Origin: Candidatus Deferrimicrobium sp.
Lineage (GTDB): Bacteria > Desulfobacterota > Deferrimicrobia > Deferrimicrobiales > Deferrimicrobiaceae
NCBI RefSeq assembly: GCF_036396855.1
Contig: NZ_DASWKA010000067.1
Span: 357 to 64,356, forward strand
Length of the DNA stretch: 64,000 bases
Direction: 5' to 3'
The notes beneath the pieces were generated by a model that made no database searches, had not been told where the DNA came from, and was given only the letters and a program-made list of their open reading frames with translations. This document shows, one piece after another, positions 37,137-48,076 of this stretch. The first letter of the stretch is position 1, and each line of letters begins with the position of its first letter. Both the position numbers and the translations under genes were made by a program.

Positions 37137-40100
37137 TCCGGCGACTCCATCAGGGAAAGGATCCCGAGCAGCGGGAGCTTGACCCATGCGTGCCGGTTGT
37201 TCAGTTCGTACGCAAGTTCGTAGATCGATTTTTCCAGAAGATACGTGTCGAGCAGGATCGCCATCTCCTCCCGGGTACGGGGAAGGAACGCCCCTTCTTT
37301 CGCGACGGCAAGGTACCCCTGGAGGAACGCCGGGGAAACCCAGCCGTTCCAGCAATCGGCCCACGGCTCGAGGGATTTGACGTCGTCCGACCGGACGCTC
37401 CCGCCGACCTCCCCGATGAGGGGAGCGAAGGAGGCGTAGTGGAACGAACGGAGCATCCCCGCCACGTCCCGCAGCGGCGACCGCTTGATCCGGCGGTCGG
37501 CCAGCGAGCGGGCCGGCTCTCCTTCGAAATCGATGAGCACGAATTCCTTTCCGGTGTGGAGCACCTGCCCGAGATGGTAGTCGCCGTGGATCCGTATCCG
37601 CATCGCAGTGATCTTCCGGTCGAGGATTCCCTGGAACCGCTTCAGGATCCTCCCCTCCATTTCCATCACCTCCCGCCCCTGTCCGCGAAGGGCTTCCGGA
37701 AGGGTCCCGATCCGCTTCCGCAGCAGGGAGAAGGTCTGGGCGGTGAGGTTCCGCATCGACTGGTACAGGGACCGCTGGTAGAACGGCGTGAACGGCTCGG
37801 GGGCGAAGGACGGATTTCCCACGTTCGAGGCCATGGCGAGGTGGAACTCCGCCGTCCGCTCTCCCAGCCGGCGTGCCGACAGGAGGTACGGACCGATGAG
37901 CTCGTTCACCTTGGCGGGAACGGCCTCGTCGACCAACCGGAGCGGGCGGGATCCCGGGCGCGGGACCTCCTTGATGTCGGCGGACTGCGCCATGACCCGC
38001 TCGAAGAACAGCCCGAGGTTGTCCAGGGTGAATTGCCACGCGTCTCCCTGGTTCGGGACGAACCCCGTCAGGACCGCGAGGGTCATCGGTTCCGCGTGCG
38101 CCCTCGCGTACTGGAGGGAGCCGGCGACCGGAGGGACATGGGGGAAGGCCGCCTCTCCCGTCAGGAAGGCCCCGATCTCCAGGTCCGGGTTGATCCCCGG
38201 GTGGACGCGCCGGAAGATCTTCAGGATCATCCTGTCCCCGAAGATCACCGAGCTGTTGCTCTGATCCGCCTTGCACGGAGCCGGGGCAGGCGCCTCCTTC
38301 GATTCGCCGCGGATTTTCCGGAACGTCCGGGTGGGAACGCCGAGGATCTCCCCCGCCTGGCCCCGGAAGCGCCGCCGGTGACCGATCGTGTCCAGCAGGT
38401 ACAGGCACGACCCCTTGTCTTGCAGCGCGTCGAAGAGGACATGTTGCCGTGACGCCTCGGCGATCCGGGCGATCACCGCCCCGGGGGCTTCGGCCAGCAT
38501 CCGCACCGCCTCGGGCCCCGACGCAAAGGCGACGGGGAGGGAATAGAGTTCCGGATCCCCCTCCGTGTAATCGGCCTGGACGAGCAGCAGGTGCGGGTGG
38601 CCCGTCAAGTTGGCGAGGGGGATCGCTTCCAGGATCCGGGCCCATTTCATGCGCCGGGCCTTTCCGCCGAACCAGCGCCGGCTCCGCAGGTATGCGGGCA
38701 GGATCTTCTCCAGCGTCCCGCGATGGTCCTTCCGGAACAGGCTGTCCGGACCGCCCTTGACATTCAGGATCGGCGCCTGGGTCTCGGCGGGGGTCGTGGC
38801 GGTCTCCGTCTCCCTGTCGGGATTCTCCAGGGAGAACCAGTAGAAGATGTGCGCCCCGAGGGTGAGGAAGTACGGGGAATCCTTGATGGGGGGGAACTCG
38901 GTCTTCCCGACCAGCTCGACGGGGACCATTCCCTTGTGTGCGGACAGGTCGAGCTCCACGTACTGGGGGAACCGGGAAAGGTTCGCCACCACCAGGATCA
39001 GCTCGTTCCCGAACGATCGGAGGAACGCCAGCACCTTGTGGTTCTCCGGGGTGAGGAATTCGATGGAGCCCCTGCCGAAGGCCTTGAACTGCTTGCGCAG
39101 GGCGATGACCCGTTTCATCCACCAGAGCATGGAACTCGGGTTGTTCTGGCGCGCCTCGACGTTGACCGTCTCGTAATGGTAATCCGGGTCGATCGTCACC
39201 GGAAGGAACAGCTTCTGGGAGCCGGCGCGGGAGAATCCGGCGTTGCGGTCGGCGTTCCACTGCATCGGGGTGCGCACGCCGTTGCGGTCGCCGATGTAGA
39301 TGTTGTCCCCCATGCCGATCTCGTCGCCGTAGTAGAGGACCGGGGTCCCCGGGAGGGAGAGCAGGAGCGCGTTCATCAGCTCGAACTTTTTACGGTCCTT
39401 CCCCAGCAGGGGGTAGAGCCGGCGGCGGATCCCGAGGTTGATCCTCGCGTGCGGGTCGTTGGCGTACACGCGGTACATGTAGTCCCGCTCCTCGTCGGTG
39501 ACCATTTCGAGGGTCAGCTCGTCGTGGTTCCGCAGGAACAGGGCCCATTGGCATTTCGCGTGGATCGGCGGCGTCTGCGACAGGATGTCGGTGATCGGGT
39601 ATCGGTCCTCCATGCGGACCGCCATGAACATCCGGGGCATCAGCGGGAAGTGGAACGCCATGTGGCATTCGTCCCCATCCCCGAAATAGGCGGCCGCGTC
39701 CTCGGGCCACTGGTTCGCCTCCCCCAGCAGCATGCGGTTGGGGTACCGCTCGTCCACGCGCTTCCGGATCGTCTTGAGCGCCTTGTGCGTCTCGGGGAGG
39801 TTCTCGCAGCTGGTCCCTTCCCGCTCGTAGAGGTACGGCACGGCGTCGAGCCGCAGGCCGTCCACTCCCATGGCCAGCCAGAACTGCATCGTCGTGAGCA
39901 TGATCCTGCGGACCTCGGGGCTGTCGAAGTTCAGGTCCGGCTGGTGGGAGTAGAACCGGTGCCAGTAGTAGGCGTTCGCCAGCGGGTCCCACGTCCAGTT
40001 GGCGGACTCGAAATCCTTGAAGATGATCCGGGCGTCCCGGTACTTGTCCGGCGATTCGCTCCAGACGTAGAAGTCCCGCCACTTGTTCCCCGGGGGGGAC

Positions 40101-40483
40101 CGGCGGGCCCTCTGGAACCACGGGTGCTGGTCCGAGGTGTGGTTCAGGACGAGCTCGGTGATGACCCGGAGGCCGCGGCGGTGGGCCTCGCGCAGGAACA
40201 GCCGGAAATCGGACAGCTCCCCGTAGACCGGGTTCACGGCGGTGTAGTTGGAGATGTCGTAGCCGTCGTCCTTCAGGGGGGAAGGGTAGAAGGGGAGAAC
40301 CCAGAGGGCGGTGACGCCGAGGTCCTGCAGGTAGTCCAGCTTCTCGGTCAACCCCCGGAAATCCCCGATGCCGTCGCCGTCGCTGTCGAAAAAGGAACGG
40401 ACGTTCAGCTCGTAGATGACCGCGTCCTGGTACCACAACGGGTCGTCCCCGATCAGGATCTTTTTCTTCCCCTTTCCGGCCAT
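37133..40483 (-). CDS. treS: trehalose synthase (maltose alpha-D-glucosyltransferase) fused to maltokinase
   Basis: 1116 aa. TreS blocks WYQDAVIYELNVRSFFDSDGDGIGDF, LVLNHTSDQHPWF, GVDGLRLDAVPYL, LGEANQWPED and FLRNHDELTLE. The C-terminal 450 aa or so is kinase-like (IHGDYHLGQVL, LIDFEGEP), matching Pep2/Mak. Confidence 0.9.
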   Translation of the reverse strand: MAGKGKKKILIGDDPLWYQDAVIYELNVRSFFDSDGDGIGDFRGLTEKLDYLQDLGVTALWVLPFYPSPLKDDGYDISNYTAVNPVYGELSDFRLFLREAHRRGLRVITELVLNHTSDQHPWFQRARRSPPGNKWRDFYVWSESPDKYRDARIIFKDFESANWTWDPLANAYYWHRFYSHQPDLNFDSPEVRRIMLTTMQFWLAMGVDGLRLDAVPYLYEREGTSCENLPETHKALKTIRKRVDERYPNRMLLGEANQWPEDAAAYFGDGDECHMAFHFPLMPRMFMAVRMEDRYPITDILSQTPPIHAKCQWALFLRNHDELTLEMVTDEERDYMYRVYANDPHARINLGIRRRLYPLLGKDRKKFELMNALLLSLPGTPVLYYGDEIGMGDNIYIGDRNGVRTPMQWNADRNAGFSRAGSQKLFLPVTIDPDYHYETVNVEARQNNPSSMLWWMKRVIALRKQFKAFGRGSIEFLTPENHKVLAFLRSFGNELILVVANLSRFPQYVELDLSAHKGMVPVELVGKTEFPPIKDSPYFLTLGAHIFYWFSLENPDRETETATTPAETQAPILNVKGGPDSLFRKDHRGTLEKILPAYLRSRRWFGGKARRMKWARILEAIPLANLTGHPHLLLVQADYTEGDPELYSLPVAFASGPEAVRMLAEAPGAVIARIAEASRQHVLFDALQDKGSCLYLLDTIGHRRRFRGQAGEILGVPTRTFRKIRGESKEAPAPAPCKADQSNSSVIFGDRMILKIFRRVHPGINPDLEIGAFLTGEAAFPHVPPVAGSLQYARAHAEPMTLAVLTGFVPNQGDAWQFTLDNLGLFFERVMAQSADIKEVPRPGSRPLRLVDEAVPAKVNELIGPYLLSARRLGERTAEFHLAMASNVGNPSFAPEPFTPFYQRSLYQSMRNLTAQTFSLLRKRIGTLPEALRGQGREVMEMEGRILKRFQGILDRKITAMRIRIHGDYHLGQVLHTGKEFVLIDFEGEPARSLADRRIKRSPLRDVAGMLRSFHYASFAPLIGEVGGSVRSDDVKSLEPWADCWNGWVSPAFLQGYLAVAKEGAFLPRTREEMAILLDTYLLEKSIYELAYELNNRHAWVKLPLLGILSLMESPE

Positions 40484-40505
40484 CGGTTTTCCGTCCCCCC
40501 TCCCG

Positions 40506-42497
<1,992 letters not shown>

Positions 42498-42519
42498 GGC
42501 GGTCCTCCCAGGATCTTTC

Positions 42520-42536
42520 ATGCAAATAATTTGTAT
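42520..42536. promoter_or_regulatory. 8-1-8 AT-rich palindrome (second copy of the candidate MarR operator)
   Basis: atgcaaat a atttgtat, 23 nt upstream of the glgE GTG. It overlaps a perfect 12-bp palindrome tttgtatacaaa (42530-42541). Confidence 0.5.
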
Positions 42537-42593
42537 ACAAACTATTTTACTATTTCATGCGACCCAACGCAACCCGCATACCGCCCGGTTTCC

Positions 42594-42786
42594 CCGCAGA
42601 ACAGGGACGTTCCTGAGAACTCCCGCTCAACTGGGATGGACCGCAGAACAGGGACGTTCCTGAGAACTCCACAGAAATAGGACGTCTGTCCCACTTCAAC
42701 GGGAGTTCTCAGGAACGTCCCTGTTCTGCGGTCCAGTTCTGCGGTCCTGTTCTGCGGTCTCCGGTTCCGGGGTTTCGGTTCCGGGG
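42594..42786. repeat. perfect 30-nt unit x3 (two direct, one inverted) plus short tandem repeats
   Basis: ccgcagaacagggacgttcctgagaactcc occurs at 42594-42623 and 42641-42670, and as an exact reverse complement at 42702-42731. These are followed by (a/t)gttctgcggtc x3 and cggttccgggg x2. Confidence 0.9.
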
Positions 42787-42802
42787 CGCCGGCCCCCGGG
42801 GG

Positions 42803-44077
42803 GTGTCGCTGGAATTGTCCGGCCAGGTATGCTCTAATGATGCAGTTCGTAACGCATTGATTTCAAGGGCGGGTAACGAAAACCTGAAGATCCTCCAAAC
42901 CGGCAGCCCTCCCATTTCCCGCCGGGCATTCCGCGAATCGATCCTTCTCCTGGAGCGGAACCTCACCCCGCGGGGGATCGTAGCGGCTTCCGCCACGCCG
43001 GAATCCGCCGCCCGGAACTACACGCGCGTTTTCTGCAGGGACGCCGCCATCTCCGCGATGGGAATGGCGGTTTCCGGGAATCCGTCGCTCCGGGAAGGCG
43101 CGATGGCCGGGCTGGATTTCCTCGCGAGCCACCAGGCGGAGAACGGGCAGATCCCGAATTTCGTCGCCCCGGATACCGGCGAGACCGACTTCTGGTACCT
43201 GGGGTGCATCGACGCGACCCTTTGGTGGCTTGAGGCCGTCGCGTTCTGGTCGCGGCACTCTCCCGAGGATTGCGTCGAGGAGAGGTTCCGCGGGCGGATC
43301 GACGCCGCGCTCCGGTGGCTTCTGTGCCAGGAGCACCAGAAGATCCGCCTGCTGCAGCAGAACGAGGCCAGCGACTGGGCCGACATCATGCCCCGATCGG
43401 GGTTCGTTCTTTACACCAACGCCTTGTGGTACCACGTGAAACGCGTGTACTCGATCACCGGCGCGGAGGAGACGCGGGCCGACTTCAACGCGCTGTTCTC
43501 GCCGTTCACCGGGGAGCCTCCGGAAAACCGCCGCATGCGCCTCTTGACGCGTTATGTCCGCAACGGGGGGAAACGCGGCGGCCTGTACCTGAGCTATGTG
43601 AACTTTTCCACCTGGGGCGGGGAGGGGGACGTCTTCGGGAACCTGCTTGCGGTGCTCTTCGGCCTGGCGGACGAAGGAAGGGCGAACCGGATCCTCGACG
43701 AACTCCTTGCGGCGGGGGTCGACTCCCCGTACCCCGTACGGGCCGTCTGCGATCCCATCCGCCCGTCCAGCCCGCAATGGCGCGCTTATATGGGGAGACA
43801 CCGGCAGAACGCGGAGTACCAGTACCACAACGGGGGCGCCTGGCCCTTCCTCGGGGGATTCTGGGTGATGGCGCTCGCGTTTCTGGGACGGAGTCCGGAG
43901 GCCGCCGACGCGCTTGCCCGGGTGGCCGGGATGAACAGCGTCAACGGGTGGGCGTTCCACGAATGGTTCCACGGCAGGACGGGGGAACCGCGCGGGATGG
44001 CGGGACAATCGTGGAACGCGGCGGCGTACATCCTGGCGGAGCGCTCTCTCGAACGACCCCTGTTCGGCGGCCTGTAA
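42803..44077 (+). CDS. (alpha/alpha)6-barrel glycoside hydrolase, GH100 / amylo-alpha-1,6-glucosidase-like
   Basis: 424 aa. Blocks NYTRVFCRDAAIS, QNEASDWADIM, YHNGGAWPFLGG and GQSWNAAAY resemble the neutral invertase / GDB1 C-terminal family. The family assignment is from memory. Start (GTG 42803) uncertain. Confidence 0.65.
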   Translation: MSLELSGQVCSNDAVRNALISRAGNENLKILQTGSPPISRRAFRESILLLERNLTPRGIVAASATPESAARNYTRVFCRDAAISAMGMAVSGNPSLREGAMAGLDFLASHQAENGQIPNFVAPDTGETDFWYLGCIDATLWWLEAVAFWSRHSPEDCVEERFRGRIDAALRWLLCQEHQKIRLLQQNEASDWADIMPRSGFVLYTNALWYHVKRVYSITGAEETRADFNALFSPFTGEPPENRRMRLLTRYVRNGGKRGGLYLSYVNFSTWGGEGDVFGNLLAVLFGLADEGRANRILDELLAAGVDSPYPVRAVCDPIRPSSPQWRAYMGRHRQNAEYQYHNGGAWPFLGGFWVMALAFLGRSPEAADALARVAGMNSVNGWAFHEWFHGRTGEPRGMAGQSWNAAAYILAERSLERPLFGGL

Positions 44078-44093
44078 GCCGCTTCCCCCCGTA

Positions 44094-44885
44094 TCAGGCG
44101 TTCCCCTTGCCCAGGTCCGGGGCGATCCCCGCCAGGGCAGCGACCGCCCGCGCGAGGGCGACGGGATTTTCCACGACCCTCGCCCCGGGGACGTGCGCGG
44201 CGCTGCCGACGGAGAAGGCGATCCCCCCCTTGCGGAGGACCCACCGCATCGCGACGGCGTCGTTCTCGTCGTCGCCGGCGTACAGGATCCGGCCAATCGA
44301 AGGATCGAGCCCGATGATCCGGCAGATCGTCCGGACGCCGAAGGATTTATTCACGTTGCGGAGAAACTGCACCTCGGCCACGGAGGGTCCCCGGTACACC
44401 CGGACGTCCGGCGTCCCCTCGACCTCCTTGAGGAGCGGTTCCAGCATGGCGACGACTTCCGGAAGGACGTGCCGGTGGTGGATCGCGACCGACCATCCCT
44501 TGTCCTCGACATCCACCCCCGGTATATGGGATAGCCTGGAGAGGAGGGGGGCGAGGGTCCCGCGGACCTTCTCCCGGCGGGCTTCGAACGGCTCCCCGGG
44601 ACGGATCCGGTGCCCTCCGGGGAGACGCCACTCGAGCCCGCTGGCGCCCCCCAGGATGACGCGCGGCAACGGGACGCGCTTCGCGAGATCCTCGATCTCC
44701 CGGCTGGAGAGGACGACCACGAAATGCGTGGGCATCCGGGCGAGTCCCCTCAGCATCTCCCGGCACATCGGGTGGATCCGGGCCGCATGCCGGTCGGCGA
44801 CGATGGGCGAGAGGGTTCCGTCGAAGTCGAAGACCCAGAGGGACCTTCTGTCGTCCCCGTTCGTTCCGGCCGGCTTCCCCTCCAT
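44094..44885 (-). CDS. otsB: trehalose-phosphatase (HAD-IIB)
   Basis: ATG 44885 with ggaggg RBS. Contains WVFDFDGTLSPIV and GDDENDAVAM. The longer track ORF would run antisense through the SRP RNA gene and is rejected. Confidence 0.85.
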   Translation of the reverse strand: MEGKPAGTNGDDRRSLWVFDFDGTLSPIVADRHAARIHPMCREMLRGLARMPTHFVVVLSSREIEDLAKRVPLPRVILGGASGLEWRLPGGHRIRPGEPFEARREKVRGTLAPLLSRLSHIPGVDVEDKGWSVAIHHRHVLPEVVAMLEPLLKEVEGTPDVRVYRGPSVAEVQFLRNVNKSFGVRTICRIIGLDPSIGRILYAGDDENDAVAMRWVLRKGGIAFSVGSAAHVPGARVVENPVALARAVAALAGIAPDLGKGNA

Positions 44886-44960
44886 AGTGGAACCCTCCTG
44901 CCCGGGGTGGTTTATTACTTGTAACACAGCGGGATCCGGGGCCGGCCCCGGTATCCGTCC

Positions 44961-44989
44961 TTGAAAAGCGGCCCGGGTTCCCGTAAGAT
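44961..44989 (+). promoter_or_regulatory. sigma-70 promoter for SRP RNA
   Basis: TTGAAA, 17-nt spacer, TAAGAT, about 40 nt upstream of the SRP RNA closing helix. Confidence 0.5.
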
Positions 44990-45029
44990 ACCCCTCTTTG
45001 CGACACGCGATCGACCGGCCGGCGGCATC

Positions 45030-45158
45030 CCGCGGGTGCGCCGGCGGCCAGGCCCGCCGCAACGGAAGTCGGCGAACCCCGTCAGGTCCGGAAGGAAGCA
45101 GCGGCAGCCGCACATCTCCGTGTGCCGGCGGCTCACCTGGCCGCCGGCGGACCCGCGG
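45030..45158 (+). ncRNA. ffs: signal recognition particle RNA (small, 4.5S type)
   Basis: Contains the invariant domain IV sequence GTCAGGTCCGGAAGGAAGCAGC and the opposing GTGTGCCGG. A closing helix of about 23 bp forms between ccgcgggtgcgccggcggccagg and cctggccgccggcggacccgcgg. Position upstream of dnaX is classical. Ends approximate. Confidence 0.9.
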
Positions 45159-45174
45159 CCGCGAAAGCGCTGAA

Positions 45175-45279
45175 CCGGCGGAGGCGCCGCAGGAGGGGGG
45201 CGCAGTGAGGTAAAGCGCAGCCGTGCGGGTTCACCGCACGGCGAGCCACGAACGGAGCCCCCGCTCCGAGGCGCCGCAG
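45175..45279 (+). repeat. B-family structured repeat, copy 1
   Basis: ccggcggaggcgccgcaggaggggggcgcagtgaggtaaagcgcagccgtgcgggttcaccgcacggcgagccacgaacggagcccccgctccgaggcgccgcag. Nearly identical core at 54325-54428 (+) and 57591-57697 (-). Confidence 0.8.
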
Positions 45280-45341
45280 ACGGAAGGGGCGTCGCGGACG
45301 CGCTCGTTCAATTCGCTGGGGGGGGGAGGGACGCGGAACCG

Positions 45342-47123
45342 ATGGCCTACGAGGCGCTCGCGAGGAAGTGGCGCCCGAAGACGTTCGGGGAGATCGTCGG
45401 GCAGGGGCACGTCACGCGCGCCCTCGCCAACGCCATCACCTCGGGGAAGATCCATCACGCCTACCTGTTCTCCGGAACCCGCGGCGTCGGCAAGACCACC
45501 TTCGCCCGGATCCTCGCCCGGGCGCTCAACTGCGAAAAGGGTCCCACCCCCGCGCCGTGCCTGACCTGCCCCTCGTGCGCGGAGGTCGGATCGGGGACAG
45601 ACGTCCAGGAGATCGACGGGGCATCCAACACCGGCATCGACGACATCCGCAGCCTGCGCGAGAACGCCGCCTACGCCCCCTCCCGCCTCCGGTACAAGGT
45701 CTACATCATCGACGAGGTCCACATGCTGTCGAAGCAGGCCTTCAACGGGCTGCTGAAGACGCTCGAGGAGCCGCCTCCCCACGTGGTGTTCATCCTCGCC
45801 ACCACCGAGCCCAACCGGATCCCCGACACGATCCTCTCCCGCGTGCAGCGGTTCGATTTCCGCATGCTGACCGACGCCGAAGTGCGGGGGCGGCTGTCGG
45901 AGATGGCGCGCGCGGAAGGGATCACCGCCGAGGAGGACGCCCTCGCCCTCATGGCGCGGTACGCCTTCGGATCGATGCGCGACGGGCAATCCCTCTTCGA
46001 GCAGGCGGCGGTTTCCGGCGGCGGGAGCGTCACCGCGGAGCTGGTCGAAGGGATGCTCGGGCTGGTCGGGGTCGAGGCGGCGATCGACCTCGTCTCCGCG
46101 GCCGTCCTCGACGGCGCGGGGCCGGCCCTGACACGGTTCGCCGCCCTGCTTTCGCGCGGCGCGGATCTCAAGTACCTTTTCCTGTCCCTGATCGACGTTC
46201 TGCGCGACACGGCGGTCCTCTCCTTCACCGGCCAGGAAGCGCTTCTCTTCCGCCACTCCCCCGCGTCTCTCGACCGGATGCGGGATCTGACGGCGCGCCG
46301 CTCCCGGGAGGAGTGGATGCTCCTCCTCGACATCGCGTTCCGGTCCGAGCGGGACGTGCTGGCGACCGAATTCCCGCACCTCGGGTTCGAGCTGCTCCTG
46401 CTGCGCCTCGCCAACGCCCAGGGGCTGCTCTCCGTCGAGGCGCTCGACTTGTCCGCCGAATTGTCCGCCGACAGGTCCTCCGTAGCGGGCCGGGTCGCGA
46501 AGGAGGAAGCGGCGGGCGGCGCGAAGGCGGAGGCTGTCGCACAAAAGACCCCTGCGGCGACGTTCTCCCGCAAGCCGCCCCCGCGCGTCGAAGCCCGGGT
46601 TTCCTCCACCGTGCCTCCCGTTCTTCCCACGGCGGGCGCCGCGAAAGGCGCGCCGTCGAAAGGGGACGCAGGCCTTTGGGACGCTGTTCTGCGCATTCTC
46701 GAGGGGAAGAAAAAGACCGTCCTGCTCGGCCTCCTCTCCCAGATGCGGGGGGAGCTCCGTGAGGGCGAATTCGTCATCACCTGCGGCCACGAGATGATGC
46801 TCGACCGGCTGAAGGAGAAGGACAAGTGGCAGCCGCTCCTCACCGCCCTCGAGGAGGCGGCCGGGCGCGTCGTGCCGGTCCGGTTGTCGGTTTCCACGGA
46901 AAAAAAAAGCCCGGAGCCTGACGGGGTAGCCCCGGGGGACGCCGGCCTCGAGCGCAAGGCGCTCGAAGAGCCGGCCGTCCTCGAGATCTTGCGGACCTTC
47001 GAGGGATCGATGCTGGTCAAGGTGCAGCCCGCGCCACCGGTCGAGGCCCCGCGTAACGAAGCCGCGCCGGACGAGGATGCGGCGGAGGCCGAGATCCCGG
47101 AAGCGGTGGAGGAGGGGGAATGA
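45342..47123 (+). CDS. dnaX: DNA polymerase III subunit gamma/tau
   Basis: 593 aa with the N-terminus KWRPKTFGEIVGQGHV..HAYLFSGTRGVGKTT..C..C..C, then YKVYIIDEVHMLS and SRVQRF. Confidence 0.95.
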   Translation: MAYEALARKWRPKTFGEIVGQGHVTRALANAITSGKIHHAYLFSGTRGVGKTTFARILARALNCEKGPTPAPCLTCPSCAEVGSGTDVQEIDGASNTGIDDIRSLRENAAYAPSRLRYKVYIIDEVHMLSKQAFNGLLKTLEEPPPHVVFILATTEPNRIPDTILSRVQRFDFRMLTDAEVRGRLSEMARAEGITAEEDALALMARYAFGSMRDGQSLFEQAAVSGGGSVTAELVEGMLGLVGVEAAIDLVSAAVLDGAGPALTRFAALLSRGADLKYLFLSLIDVLRDTAVLSFTGQEALLFRHSPASLDRMRDLTARRSREEWMLLLDIAFRSERDVLATEFPHLGFELLLLRLANAQGLLSVEALDLSAELSADRSSVAGRVAKEEAAGGAKAEAVAQKTPAATFSRKPPPRVEARVSSTVPPVLPTAGAAKGAPSKGDAGLWDAVLRILEGKKKTVLLGLLSQMRGELREGEFVITCGHEMMLDRLKEKDKWQPLLTALEEAAGRVVPVRLSVSTEKKSPEPDGVAPGDAGLERKALEEPAVLEILRTFEGSMLVKVQPAPPVEAPRNEAAPDEDAAEAEIPEAVEEGE

Positions 47124-47431
47124 CGGACTTCAAGGACCTGATGCGGCAGGCGCAGGAGGTGCGCGACCGGTTCCAGCGGCTCCAGGAGGATCTGGGGGGG
47201 CGAACCGTCGAGGGGTCGGCGGGCGGCGGGATGGTGGTGGCCGTCATGAACGGCCGCCAGGAGCTCCTCACCGTGCGAATCGAGAAGGAAGTGGTCTCCC
47301 CCGACGACGTGGGGATGCTGCAGGACCTGGTCCGCGCGGCGGTGAACGACGCCCTCGCGCGCTCCCGTGCGCTTGCCGCGGCCGAGATGGGGAAGATCAC
47401 GGGCGGGATGCTTCCTCCGGGGATCCTGTGA
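47120..47431 (+). CDS. ybaB: YbaB/EbfC nucleoid-associated protein
   Basis: 103 aa, MTDFKDLMRQAQEVRDRFQRLQEDL...GGGMVVAVMNGRQELLTVRI. ATGA overlap with dnaX. Confidence 0.9.
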   Translation: MTDFKDLMRQAQEVRDRFQRLQEDLGGRTVEGSAGGGMVVAVMNGRQELLTVRIEKEVVSPDDVGMLQDLVRAAVNDALARSRALAAAEMGKITGGMLPPGIL

Positions 47432-48030
47432 CCGCCGTCTACCCGAAACCGCTGCGCCGCCTCGTCGTTCTCCTCTCCCGCCTCCCCGGGATCGGGGAGA
47501 AGACCGCCACGCGCCTGGCGATGTTCCTCCTTTCGGTGCCGCCCGAGTTCGTCCGCGAGCTGGGAGCGGCGATCGCCGGGATTCCGGAATCCGTGACAAA
47601 ATGTTCAAAATGCTTTAATATCGCCGACGAGGACCCGTGTGGATTCTGCGCGGACCCCGCGCGCCGGGATGACCTGATCTGCGTCGTGGAAGGTCCCGCC
47701 GATATAGTCCCGATCGAAAAAAGCGGGGAGTTCAAGGGGAGGTACCACGTCCTCGGCGGGGCGATCTCGCCGATCGACGGCGTCATGCCGGACGACCTCC
47801 GGGTGCGGGAGCTCCTGGAGCGGACGGCCCGCGGCGGCGTTTCCGAGGTGATCCTGGCGACGAACCTCACGGCGGAGGGAGAGTCCACGGCGTCCTACCT
47901 CGCCGAGGTCCTCAAAGGGCCGAACCTCCGCGTGAGCCGGATCGCCTACGGGCTCCCGATGGGAGCGGACCTCGAGTACGCCGACGAGATCACCGTCGGC
48001 CGGGCGATGAAGGGGCGACGCGAATTGTGA
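47428..48030 (+). CDS. recR: recombination protein RecR
   Basis: The GTG overlaps the ybaB stop. Contains LPGIGEKTATRLA, the zinc finger C..C....C..C, the Toprim block ICVVEG and RIAYGLPMGADLEY. Confidence 0.95.
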   Translation: MTAVYPKPLRRLVVLLSRLPGIGEKTATRLAMFLLSVPPEFVRELGAAIAGIPESVTKCSKCFNIADEDPCGFCADPARRDDLICVVEGPADIVPIEKSGEFKGRYHVLGGAISPIDGVMPDDLRVRELLERTARGGVSEVILATNLTAEGESTASYLAEVLKGPNLRVSRIAYGLPMGADLEYADEITVGRAMKGRREL

Positions 48031-48076
48031 ACCGATCGATACGCACCGGAATATTCCAACGAGAGGGGCAGGGAAG

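Noticed and set aside
42594-42731. Possible CRISPR array (identical 30-nt repeats).
   Set aside because: There are only two direct copies plus one inverted copy, a single 17-nt spacer, and no cas genes or leader in the window. The geometry is that of a hairpin-forming repeat, not a CRISPR array.
45318-45326. G9 homopolymer in the dnaX leader, and a G9 run at 23401-23409 after the ClC gene, as phase-variation tracts.
   Set aside because: Both are non-coding. One forms part of a G/C hairpin after a stop codon and the other sits in an SD-like region. G-runs are common in this GC-rich sequence, and a single sequence gives no evidence of length variation.
45223-45564. ORFs beginning MRVHRTASHERSP at 45223(+) and 56533-57648(-), with a similar peptide at about 54376.
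   Set aside because: The shared peptide is just the translation of the B-family repeat core. Downstream sequences diverge completely and overlap dnaX and the U32 gene in other frames. There is no RBS logic either, apart from a trivial GTG-AGG-TAA mini-ORF after aggagg.
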